Of a stretch of 48,486 nt of DNA, positions 28,799 to 37,093 are shown in pieces; positions within the stretch are counted from its first letter, which is position 1, and every line of letters starts with the position of its first letter. This DNA comes from Patescibacteria group bacterium. Lineage in GTDB: Bacteria; Patescibacteriota; Microgenomatia; Levybacterales; UBA12049. The DNA lies in assembly GCA_023473785.1 (NCBI GenBank), contig JAMCYD010000001.1:1-48486 (forward strand), written 5' to 3'. The position numbers and the translations under genes are program-made. The notes beneath the pieces were generated by a model. That model saw nothing but the letters and a program-made list of their open reading frames with translations, made no database searches and was not told where the DNA came from.

Positions 28799-28969
28799 AT
28801 GAATGCGAAAACCAAATCATGTTTTGCTCCTCATACCTTGATGCACAGCTTGTTTGGATTAGGTCTTGGCTTTTTGCTTGCGGCCTTAATCCCATCACTT
28901 GCTAATGTTTTACTAGGAGTTATTGTAATAGTTGTAGCAGTAGGATTAGATTTCATGCGCAAGGGTTAA
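28799..28969 (+). CDS. unannotated 56-aa two-TM protein upstream of sodN
   Basis: Perfect SD AAAGGAGGTG (28781-28790) 8 nt before ATG; MNAKTKSCFAPHTLMHSLFGLGLGFLLAALIPSLANVLLGVIVIVVAVGLDFMRKG. Confidence 0.75.
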   Translation: MNAKTKSCFAPHTLMHSLFGLGLGFLLAALIPSLANVLLGVIVIVVAVGLDFMRKG

Positions 28970-29009
28970 AGATAGTAGGTGGTCGATTTTACAGAGCTTA
29001 TATTGCTAT

Positions 29010-29447
29010 ATGAAGCAAATATTATCTATTTTTACAAGGATACTTCCGACACAAATAGCTTATGCTCATTGTGATGTGCCTTGCGGAATTTATGATCCAA
29101 AACCAGCACAAATTGCAGCCGCAACAGTACTTAAAATGGTTCAAAAAATAAATGAATTGCCAAAAGACAACCCGACAATTCAGGATAGAAATGCATTTGT
29201 CAGAATGGTTCTAACCAAAGAAGAACATGCAAGAAAATGCAAGGAAGAACTGCTTGTACTTTGGACTGATTACTTTAAAACCGAACACATTTCATTATTT
29301 CCTAATCTCCATGAAGTTTTTTGGCAAGCAGCAAAATCATGCTCTAAAAATAAGCAAAATGTGGATATTAAGTCTGCGGAAGAACTGGTAAAAGCTGTTG
29401 ACGAAATTACCGAAATGTTTAAAAAAGCGCAAGCGGCAAAAACATAA
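29010..29447 (+). CDS. sodN: nickel superoxide dismutase precursor
   Basis: Leader ending AYA followed by the Ni-hook HCDVPCGIYDP; KEEHA, LWTDYFK, S..KQ. Confidence 0.95.
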   Translation: MKQILSIFTRILPTQIAYAHCDVPCGIYDPKPAQIAAATVLKMVQKINELPKDNPTIQDRNAFVRMVLTKEEHARKCKEELLVLWTDYFKTEHISLFPNLHEVFWQAAKSCSKNKQNVDIKSAEELVKAVDEITEMFKKAQAAKT

Positions 29448-29452
29448 AAATA

Positions 29453-29749
29453 GTGAGTTTTAATATCTTCAGTTTTCTCCCTCTTCTAAAATTCCGGATA
29501 GAAGAAAACAGCATGAGCCCATTCTTAAAATCCGGAGATATGGTTTTGGTTTCAAAATTTGGGAAAGTAAAACCGGGAGATATTGTTGTTTTTAAAATCA
29601 AAAATGCAGTTTACATTAAGCGTATTGAAAAGAAAAAAGGAAACAAGTATTTTTTAATAGGAGACAACAAGAAAGAAAGCATTGACAGTCGGAAATTTGG
29701 ATGGATAGATGAAAAAGATATAATTGGGAAGGTGATTGCCAATTTTTAG
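29453..29749 (+). CDS. sodX: Ni-SOD maturation peptidase (S26-like)
   Basis: SMSPFL..GD, IKRI, GDN...S.DSR.FG; immediately after sodN. Confidence 0.88.
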   Translation: MSFNIFSFLPLLKFRIEENSMSPFLKSGDMVLVSKFGKVKPGDIVVFKIKNAVYIKRIEKKKGNKYFLIGDNKKESIDSRKFGWIDEKDIIGKVIANF

Positions 29750-29761
29750 TTATACTTAAGT

Positions 29762-30286
29762 ATGAATTTTATTATCTTCAACTTAATACTTTTTCTACTA
29801 ATCATTGTTTTATTTATAATCCTGTCTTGGGTTTGGCCGCCTGATAGTCCCTGGGCGCCTTGGTGGAGGACAAATAAAAAAACTGCTAGGGCAATCTGTA
29901 AGCTTGCTAATATTTCCGAAAAAGATATTGTCTATGATTTGGGATGCGGTGATGGAACTTTAATTATTACTGCTTCAAGAGAGCATGGAGCAAAGTCAGT
30001 GGGGATAGAAATTGATCCGCTGCGTTTTCTAATCGCAAAAATTAGAATTATTTTTAATAATTTATCAAAAAAAGTAAATGTTAGAAGGAAAAATTTTTTC
30101 CATGAAGATTTATCGGAGGCGACGGTTATTGTAGTTTATCTTGTCCCAAAGGCTTTGAATTTACTTTTACCAAAATTTAAGAAGGAACTCAAAAAAGGTA
30201 CAAGAATTGTAAGTTATAGATATGAAATTAACTTACCGCTTAAAAAATATGATGATAAAGACAAAATTAGATTGTATGTTATCTAG
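29762..30286 (+). CDS. membrane-anchored class I SAM-dependent methyltransferase
   Basis: N-terminal TM, YDLGCGDG, GIEID, ELKKGTRIVS. Confidence 0.85.
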   Translation: MNFIIFNLILFLLIIVLFIILSWVWPPDSPWAPWWRTNKKTARAICKLANISEKDIVYDLGCGDGTLIITASREHGAKSVGIEIDPLRFLIAKIRIIFNNLSKKVNVRRKNFFHEDLSEATVIVVYLVPKALNLLLPKFKKELKKGTRIVSYRYEINLPLKKYDDKDKIRLYVI

Positions 30287-31229
30287 TTCTTAGAAAGAAC
30301 CAGCGGATTTTGTCGGTGAGCCTGTAGAGATTATAAAGAAAGGGGTTAATTACAAAATCGTAGCTTCCTACGAATTCAACGAGGTCCCCGCCGTAGCCCT
30401 GTTTGAATTTGTGGAAACCATACCATGGATCTTTGGGATCAGGATTTGGACCAAGTGCCCCCCACATATCAAATTTTTTAAGCCCAAGTTTTTTGCCAAA
30501 TTTTATTGCCTCCCACATCATAAGATTTGATGCCATGGTTTCCCGATGTTTTTCGCTCGACGCGCCATATGGGTAATAAAGGGTGTCTTTATAAACAAAC
30601 AAAATCCAAGCAGCAAGAGTTTCATTTTTATATTTCGCCAGCAATAAATGCGCAATGAGACTATCAGTCTTTAGTTTTTGGTCGTTAGTCTTTGGTCTTA
30701 AAGTTTCCCACATCAGTTTATGATATTTCTGGGTATGAGCATGGAAATTTTGTCTTTTGGTTGTTTCCTCTGTCAGTTTTAGGTACTCCTTAAAAGCCTT
30801 ATCGGAATTGTCTTCAATTATTTTTACCCCATGTTTTTCTGAAACCCTTATGTTGTATCTGGTTTTTTGATGCATCGCTTTTAATAATTCGTCTTCTGAT
30901 TTTGTCAGATCTAACACAAAAGTATATTTGGTAAAAAGAGGATGAGCTGCTGGTACAAGGCCTAAATTCGTGATTCTTGGTTTGTTATTCGTCGCTAATA
31001 TATTTGGTTCAAGCTGAATAAAAATACAATTGTTTTCTTTTCCTATTTTTCTAAGTTTATTAATAAATTCTTTATTCGGTAAATCTCCCTTGGGAATATA
31101 TCCGACGCTCCAGGGAAGATGGGGAATTTGATGAATTGTCATTTGGAAGTTGCCTTCCCGAATTACTTTTACTGCGGTTTTTTTTCTAAATTCTCCCCAT
31201 TCAAGGGATTGTAAAGGATGGTTGCTCAT
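30279..31229 (-). CDS. FemABX/MurM family peptidoglycan peptidyl transferase
   Basis: HPLQS.EWGEF, KTRYNIR...K.GV, YYPYGAS, FDMWG, GF.KFK.GYGG. Confidence 0.88.
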   Translation of the reverse strand: MSNHPLQSLEWGEFRKKTAVKVIREGNFQMTIHQIPHLPWSVGYIPKGDLPNKEFINKLRKIGKENNCIFIQLEPNILATNNKPRITNLGLVPAAHPLFTKYTFVLDLTKSEDELLKAMHQKTRYNIRVSEKHGVKIIEDNSDKAFKEYLKLTEETTKRQNFHAHTQKYHKLMWETLRPKTNDQKLKTDSLIAHLLLAKYKNETLAAWILFVYKDTLYYPYGASSEKHRETMASNLMMWEAIKFGKKLGLKKFDMWGALGPNPDPKDPWYGFHKFKQGYGGDLVEFVGSYDFVINPFLYNLYRLTDKIRWFFLRTR

Positions 31230-33091
31230 AAATACTCCACCTCACCTTTTTCCAAAATGTGCAAATTATTGGATAATATATTTTCCGGGAGCTCCAAAAT
31301 AAATCTTGAAATGACATTTGATGTCCGCTGCCCAAAGAACAATCTTTTTCGCGAGTAAGTTAAGAAAAGTTTTTCCCGTGCTCTGGTCATGCCAACATAA
31401 CAGAGTCTTCTTTCTTCCTCAAGTTGACTTTTGTCCATCAAGCTTCTTGAATGCGGGAAAAGACCTTCTTCCATGCCGACCATAAAGACTACAGGAAATT
31501 CTAGCCCCTTGGCTGCATGAAGGGTCATTAGGTTTACCGCGTCTTTTTTCTTGCCTCCGCCAGCCGGCGGATTGGGATGATCGGGAAGGTATTCTTGTTC
31601 AACTAGAGCAACATTTTCCAGAAAATGGGTGAGATTTGGAAATTCAATAGCAACAGAGCGCAGCTCTTTTATATTCTCAAGCCGCATTCTGTCCTCTTCG
31701 TCTTTTTCATCATATAAAGATAAATAATCAGTGGCAGAGGTTACTCTGTCAAGAATTTCAAGTGTCATAAGGTTGTCTACTTTTCCTGACTCAAGCAGTT
31801 TTTCCTGAAATTCTTGAAATTTTCCAAGCCGTCCCTTTCCCAGCTTTTCTATTCTCTTAAAAGAGATCATGTCTTTTGGATTTGCGAGAATTTTAAGATA
31901 TGCAAGTATGTCCTTGATTTCACGTCTTTCGTAAAATCTCGTTCCTCCAATAAGCGTATAGGGAATTCCTAGATGCAGGAAGACTTCCTCAATCGATCTT
32001 GACTGGGCATTAGTTCTATAAAGAACTGCAAAATCTGAATATTTAAGCTTAGGATTTTGGTATTTAATATCCGTTATCCCATTTACGATAAATTCTGCTT
32101 CGTTATGTTCATTTGAAGCCTCATAAAGCATTACGTCATCTCCTTTTCCATTTTCTGTCCAAAGTGTTAATACCGGATGTGAGGTGTTTTTTGAAATAAC
32201 AGAAGATGCAGCATCTAAAATCTTTTGAGTAGATCTATAATTTTGAGATAGTGCAAATGTTTTTGTATTCTTAAAATCGTCCTTAAATCTTATTAAATTT
32301 TGAAAATCAGCTCCTCTCCAGCTATAGATACTTTGAGAAAAGTCACCCACAACGCAGATGTTCTGTTTTTTGATGCTTAAATCTCCTGCAAGCATTTTTG
32401 TAAGTATGTATTGAGCGCGATTTGTATCTTGATATTCATCGACTAAGATATACTGAAATTTATCTTGATATTTTTTAAGAATTTGATGATTTGATTCAAA
32501 AAGATAAATCGCTTTAAGTATAAGATCATCAAAATCCAGAGCGTTATTTTCCTTAAGAATTTTTTGGTAAAGAAAATAAATCTTAGCAACAACTTCCTGG
32601 AAATGGCCTCTTGCATACTTTGGATATTCGCTTTCGCCTATCAATTCATTTTTTGCCCCAGAAATAGTATTTAGAATTGATGAAGGTTTAAAATCCCGAG
32701 TCGAGATATCAAGTAGCTTCATCGCTTCTTTGATCGCATCGATCTGATCGCCTTCGTCATAAATAACGAAATTTTGCGAGATGCCAATATGCTTGCCTTC
32801 AATCCTAAGAATTCTTACACATAGAGAGTGAAACGTAGAGACAAAAGGCTGTAGAGAAGGATTGTTTATTTTAATTCTTTCCTTCATTTCATTGGCTGCT
32901 TTGTTGGTAAAGGTAACCATAAGAATACTATCTGGATCAACTCCCAGCGCATTTATTAGATAAAGGACTTTATAAGTAAGAACCCGCGTTTTCCCTGATC
33001 CTGCGCCTGCCAAAATAATCATCGGCCCATTTGTCTGAAGAACGGCTTTTTTCTGCTCTTCGTTTAAGTCCTTGAGAAAATCTTTATCCAT
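31226..33091 (-). CDS. pcrA: ATP-dependent DNA helicase PcrA/UvrD
   Basis: AGAGSGKT, TFTNKAA, VDEYQDTN, QNYRST, LYRTNAQSR, MTLHAAKGLEF, EERRLCYVGMTRA. Confidence 0.95.
   Translation of the reverse strand: MDKDFLKDLNEEQKKAVLQTNGPMIILAGAGSGKTRVLTYKVLYLINALGVDPDSILMVTFTNKAANEMKERIKINNPSLQPFVSTFHSLCVRILRIEGKHIGISQNFVIYDEGDQIDAIKEAMKLLDISTRDFKPSSILNTISGAKNELIGESEYPKYARGHFQEVVAKIYFLYQKILKENNALDFDDLILKAIYLFESNHQILKKYQDKFQYILVDEYQDTNRAQYILTKMLAGDLSIKKQNICVVGDFSQSIYSWRGADFQNLIRFKDDFKNTKTFALSQNYRSTQKILDAASSVISKNTSHPVLTLWTENGKGDDVMLYEASNEHNEAEFIVNGITDIKYQNPKLKYSDFAVLYRTNAQSRSIEEVFLHLGIPYTLIGGTRFYERREIKDILAYLKILANPKDMISFKRIEKLGKGRLGKFQEFQEKLLESGKVDNLMTLEILDRVTSATDYLSLYDEKDEEDRMRLENIKELRSVAIEFPNLTHFLENVALVEQEYLPDHPNPPAGGGKKKDAVNLMTLHAAKGLEFPVVFMVGMEEGLFPHSRSLMDKSQLEEERRLCYVGMTRAREKLFLTYSRKRLFFGQRTSNVISRFILELPENILSNNLHILEKGEVEYL
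31556..31571. repeat. palindromic element TCCGCCAGCCGGCGGA in frame inside pcrA
   Basis: 15/16 identical to the palindrome at 18590-18605; encodes PPAGG in the linker before the TLH motif. Confidence 0.8.
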
Positions 33092-33125
33092 AGCGTATAA
33101 TTGACGTACGTTTTCATTTTACCAT

Positions 33126-33800
33126 ATGAGAAATCTTGAATTATTAGTTGCTAACTGGAAGTCAAATAAAACAATTGATGAGACAGAGACATGGCTTCAT
33201 GATTTCAGCGAGGGTCTTAATAAAGCAAGCATTGGACTGGAGGACAGAAGGATTATCGTTGCTCCTCCATTTACATCGCTTGAACATGCTCGTTACTGCG
33301 CAGGTAACCTAAAACTGGCTATTGAATTTGCTGCCCAGGACATCTCCCCTTTTATTGAGGGAGCATATACTGGCGCAGTTAATGGTAAGCAAATTAAGGA
33401 ATTTGCCAACTACGTGATTATTGGCCATTCTGAAAGACGAAGAGAATTTGGTGAGACAGACGAAATGCTTGAGAAAAAAGTTGCTATGGCACTCCACTTT
33501 GGGCTTACTCCTATTTTTTGTATCCAGAATGAGAATACACCAGTACCCCAAGGTATAAAGATCGTCGCATACGAGCCTCCTTCGGCAATTGGTACGGGTA
33601 ATCCTGATACACCAGAAAACGCTAATAACGTTGCAATTAAAGTAAAAGATAGATACGACATAACGCATGTCCTTTATGGCGGAAGTGTAACAGGTCAAAA
33701 TGTTGCGAGTTTTATGCAAATGCCAAGTATTGATGGCGTCCTCGTTGGCGGTGCGAGTCTAGATCCCCTCAAGTTTTTAGAAATAATTAAGAATGCATAG
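33126..33800 (+). CDS. tpiA: triosephosphate isomerase (short form)
   Basis: ANWK, GAYTG, IGHSERR, AYEP..AIGTG, LYGGSV, LVGGASL. Confidence 0.92.
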   Translation: MRNLELLVANWKSNKTIDETETWLHDFSEGLNKASIGLEDRRIIVAPPFTSLEHARYCAGNLKLAIEFAAQDISPFIEGAYTGAVNGKQIKEFANYVIIGHSERRREFGETDEMLEKKVAMALHFGLTPIFCIQNENTPVPQGIKIVAYEPPSAIGTGNPDTPENANNVAIKVKDRYDITHVLYGGSVTGQNVASFMQMPSIDGVLVGGASLDPLKFLEIIKNA

Positions 33801-34902
33801 TAGAAAAAAATTAAAAAAGATTGCCCTAATTGTTTTAAGTTTAATAATTCTTTTTTTTGTCGGGCAAGCAGTTCTGAAAATTGCCAGAATAACACCGTTT
33901 TTGTTTCAGCTTGTTTTTAACCACGACGTGAATCTTAAAAAAAGCGATGATCATATAAATATACTTCTTCTTGGAATAGGGGGAGGGGCACATGAAGGAC
34001 CTAATTTAACGGACACAATAATTTTTGCAAGCGTTTCTCCTTCCCAGAAAAAGGTGACATTGATATCTATCCCAAGAGATTTATGGATATCAGACTTAAA
34101 TGCTAAGATAAACAGTGCATATGCATCCGGAGAAGAAAAAAGAACAGGCGGGGGGCTCGTGCTTGCGCAGGCAGTCGTTGGAAAAATTCTCAATCAGCCT
34201 ATTAATTATGGAGTGCGGGTTGATTTTAATGGTTTTATTAAAGCCGTTGATGAGGTTTCGGGACTTGATATTAACGTTGATAGAACTTTTGATGATTATG
34301 AGTATCCAATTGACGGAAAAGAAGAAGATCCATGCGGACATAGCGATGAGGATCTTAAAAACCTAGCAACAGCATCATCTCAGCTCGAGGCATTCCCCTG
34401 TCGTTATATACATGTTCATTTTGACAAAGGAGTTTCCCACATGGATGGGAAGACAGCTCTTATGTTTGTCAGGTCGCGCCATGCCCAGGGAGAAGAAGGA
34501 TCTGATTTTGCAAGAAGCCAACGACAGGAAAAAGTTATTAAAGCATTTAAGGATAAAATATTTTCAGTCCAGACAATTATTAATCCAGCCAGAATAATAA
34601 GCCTTTACGACATTACTAAGGGAAGTATAGATACTAATATCAAAGAGGATGAATTTGATGATTTCATAAGGCTTTCTCAGGAGTTAAAAAATGCCAAGAT
34701 TGAAAACACAGTTTTGGATACGGGAAGCGATGAGACAGATAGACCGGGGCTTCTAATAAATCCCGCTCCCTCAGAAAATTACAGTTTTCAATGGGTTCTT
34801 CTTCCCAGGATTGGTGATAACAATTTTTCGGAAATTCAAAAGTATGTAGATTGCGAGATAAAGATAGGCAAGTGCCCAATTCCTAAAGAGCCTGGGAAGT
34901 AA
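33793..34902 (+). CDS. LytR-CpsA-Psr (LCP) family protein
   Basis: N-terminal TM, NILLLG, TDTII, SIPRDLW, KINSAY, FVRSRH, SDFARSQRQ. Confidence 0.92.
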   Translation: MHSRKKLKKIALIVLSLIILFFVGQAVLKIARITPFLFQLVFNHDVNLKKSDDHINILLLGIGGGAHEGPNLTDTIIFASVSPSQKKVTLISIPRDLWISDLNAKINSAYASGEEKRTGGGLVLAQAVVGKILNQPINYGVRVDFNGFIKAVDEVSGLDINVDRTFDDYEYPIDGKEEDPCGHSDEDLKNLATASSQLEAFPCRYIHVHFDKGVSHMDGKTALMFVRSRHAQGEEGSDFARSQRQEKVIKAFKDKIFSVQTIINPARIISLYDITKGSIDTNIKEDEFDDFIRLSQELKNAKIENTVLDTGSDETDRPGLLINPAPSENYSFQWVLLPRIGDNNFSEIQKYVDCEIKIGKCPIPKEPGK

Positions 34903-37093
34903 TTTTATAAATTTTGGTCCTGCCGTTTTGGTAGACAACTTTTCCTAACTCTTGAAATTTCTGCTCAGCAAGATTTGGATATTTTTGGTATTCCAAATCA
35001 CCGATAAACACATAGGTAATTCCATATTGATCGATCAGCTGTTGAGCGATACTGGTACTTGTTGTTTCGTATAGAGTTTGTATTTGCGAAATTCGTGGCG
35101 CAGGTATGTCATATGTTCCTCTCCACAGCCATTCATGAACTGTCCATCCCAAAACAGTTGGAAGGCCCGTATTGGCAGAAATTCTTGCAAAGTCAGTATA
35201 GGAATCACCCTGGGCTTCGAGAATCACGGGCTGCCCTTTAATATTTTTATCGATCCATAAAATTGCTTGATAATCAGTTGGATAGAGGTTCTTAAGATAG
35301 ACTATTCCATCCAGGTTATAGCTTGTTTTAAGATTACCGTAATAAGAGCTGATCGCAAAAAAGGGATATGTGAATACCAAAAACAATCCAATAGCGCCAA
35401 TTCCAGGCGCTATCAATTTCCAGTAAGATTTATGATTTACGATTGATGATTTAAGATCTATAAGCAACCGAACGATGATATAGCCGGAAGATATGGAGAG
35501 CATAATGAAGGATTGATAGACAAGCTTAAACATTGTATTGGCGCGGAAATAAGTCGGATAAATATCCTTGGCATAAATGAATTCGGGGATAAATATGAGT
35601 AAGGTGGAAAGAATAATTAAGCAAAAAATAAAAAAATCAAACACTGATAAATTTTTAATTTTGAACTTTAAATTGACAAAGAATGCGAGTACCCAGAGAT
35701 AGAAGAAGCCATATAGAGTTAGCAATTGCCATATAGGCGATCTTTGGCACGAATTTTGTTCAAAAATAAAAGGACCAAGTTTCCCTTTATCGATAAGAAA
35801 TTGAGGAGGACATATTATTCCGATTCCGGAAACAAAAGGCTTGAAATAGTGATTAAATGGAAATGAAAAAATTGCGAAGAAAACACCGATGACAATAAGA
35901 TAAAAAAGCCATTCAAGAATTGAAATTCTTTTTTGGAGTGAAAAAAACAGAAAAACCAGAGCGGTCAATAGAAAATAAATAATCCCGTCCCAAGGATTCG
36001 TCATATACATGACTGCTAATAAAAAACCTATTAATAAAATTTGAAATTTGAAGTTTGAAATTTGAAGTTTTTTAGTTTGATTGGAAATTGAAATTTGATA
36101 TTTGAAAATTAGTGAAAACAAAACAGCAATTGTTAGAAGGACAAAAGGTATATCTAGGACATGCCCGTGAAGATCGGAAACCACGAATGAATAAATTGGA
36201 AATTCATGAATAGTATGATAGATAAAACGGGTAGCATTTGGGTACCAATATGAGTTTGGAAATGTAAATGGAGAGAAGGATAGCTGCCAAAAAGGAACTG
36301 GGTTTTCCCCTATATATCCTTTGAAAAAGGCATAAATAATCTGAAAATTTCCTGAAAAAGTGAGCAAAAACGCCGTTAGGGATCCAGCAAGGGCGATTTT
36401 GATTTTTGTCCCGCCATGGCGGGATTGTTTTTTTAATTCACGCATGAGGTTTGCTCCAATCGAAAAAGAAGTGGTAAAAGTAAAAGCGAAAAGAGTTGCA
36501 ATCATTAAATTGAAAGTTATATTTGAGGGGATGCTTGAGAGTTTTGTTAAAACAGCTGTTGTGAGATGACCAAAGTAGTAATAATTAATTGTAAAAGGGG
36601 TGAACCACATATCGCGAGGCGGGAAATAGTCCGACCTTAATATGGAATTTACAAACCCAAAATCCATGTATTTCTCAAGCCCGTGAATATCTGGTTGGTG
36701 AGCCTTAACAAATGTCCAAAACAGAAGAGTTAGGATAAAAAGAATTTCTTCCAAAACAAAAAGAAACCATTTTTCTTTTAGGCTTTTTAGAATTTTATTT
36801 TTTAATACTAACCGATTATCAATTTTGGCTAAATTGAGAATCAAATTAAACAAAAGAGATAGACTTAAAACAAAAATTAGAGTGAATCTTGTAAATGGAG
36901 CAATATGTGTAATCCCAAGAATAAAAGTAGCGTAAGAAATAATGGCAATACCAATTATCTTTGAAAAGACATACCCTTTATCGAAAAAACTTGAAAATAA
37001 GTTTATAGTGAGTGGCAAAAAGACAGTTCCAATTATAAAAATAGTTAACCACCACTGAAAAATATCCTGCAGGTTCGTCATATTGGTATTCAT
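34883..37093 (-). CDS. DUF2298/YYY-type polytopic membrane protein (probable GT-C glycosyltransferase)
   Basis: EKYMDFGF, INYYYFG, IHEFPIYSF..SDLHGH, RANTMFK, TGLPTVLGW. Confidence 0.8.
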   Translation of the reverse strand: MNTNMTNLQDIFQWWLTIFIIGTVFLPLTINLFSSFFDKGYVFSKIIGIAIISYATFILGITHIAPFTRFTLIFVLSLSLLFNLILNLAKIDNRLVLKNKILKSLKEKWFLFVLEEILFILTLLFWTFVKAHQPDIHGLEKYMDFGFVNSILRSDYFPPRDMWFTPFTINYYYFGHLTTAVLTKLSSIPSNITFNLMIATLFAFTFTTSFSIGANLMRELKKQSRHGGTKIKIALAGSLTAFLLTFSGNFQIIYAFFKGYIGENPVPFWQLSFSPFTFPNSYWYPNATRFIYHTIHEFPIYSFVVSDLHGHVLDIPFVLLTIAVLFSLIFKYQISISNQTKKLQISNFKFQILLIGFLLAVMYMTNPWDGIIYFLLTALVFLFFSLQKRISILEWLFYLIVIGVFFAIFSFPFNHYFKPFVSGIGIICPPQFLIDKGKLGPFIFEQNSCQRSPIWQLLTLYGFFYLWVLAFFVNLKFKIKNLSVFDFFIFCLIILSTLLIFIPEFIYAKDIYPTYFRANTMFKLVYQSFIMLSISSGYIIVRLLIDLKSSIVNHKSYWKLIAPGIGAIGLFLVFTYPFFAISSYYGNLKTSYNLDGIVYLKNLYPTDYQAILWIDKNIKGQPVILEAQGDSYTDFARISANTGLPTVLGWTVHEWLWRGTYDIPAPRISQIQTLYETTSTSIAQQLIDQYGITYVFIGDLEYQKYPNLAEQKFQELGKVVYQNGRTKIYKITSQAL
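36037..36071 (-). repeat. heptamer array (CAAATTT-type) inside the DUF2298 gene
   Basis: aaatttg aaatttg aagtttg aaatttg aagtttt on +; same unit and same peptide (ISNFKFQI) as in guaA. Confidence 0.8.
36409..36424. repeat. perfect 16-bp palindrome TCCCGCCATGGCGGGA in frame inside the DUF2298 gene
   Basis: GC-rich island in an AT-rich gene; encodes SRHGG in an inter-TM loop. Confidence 0.8.
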
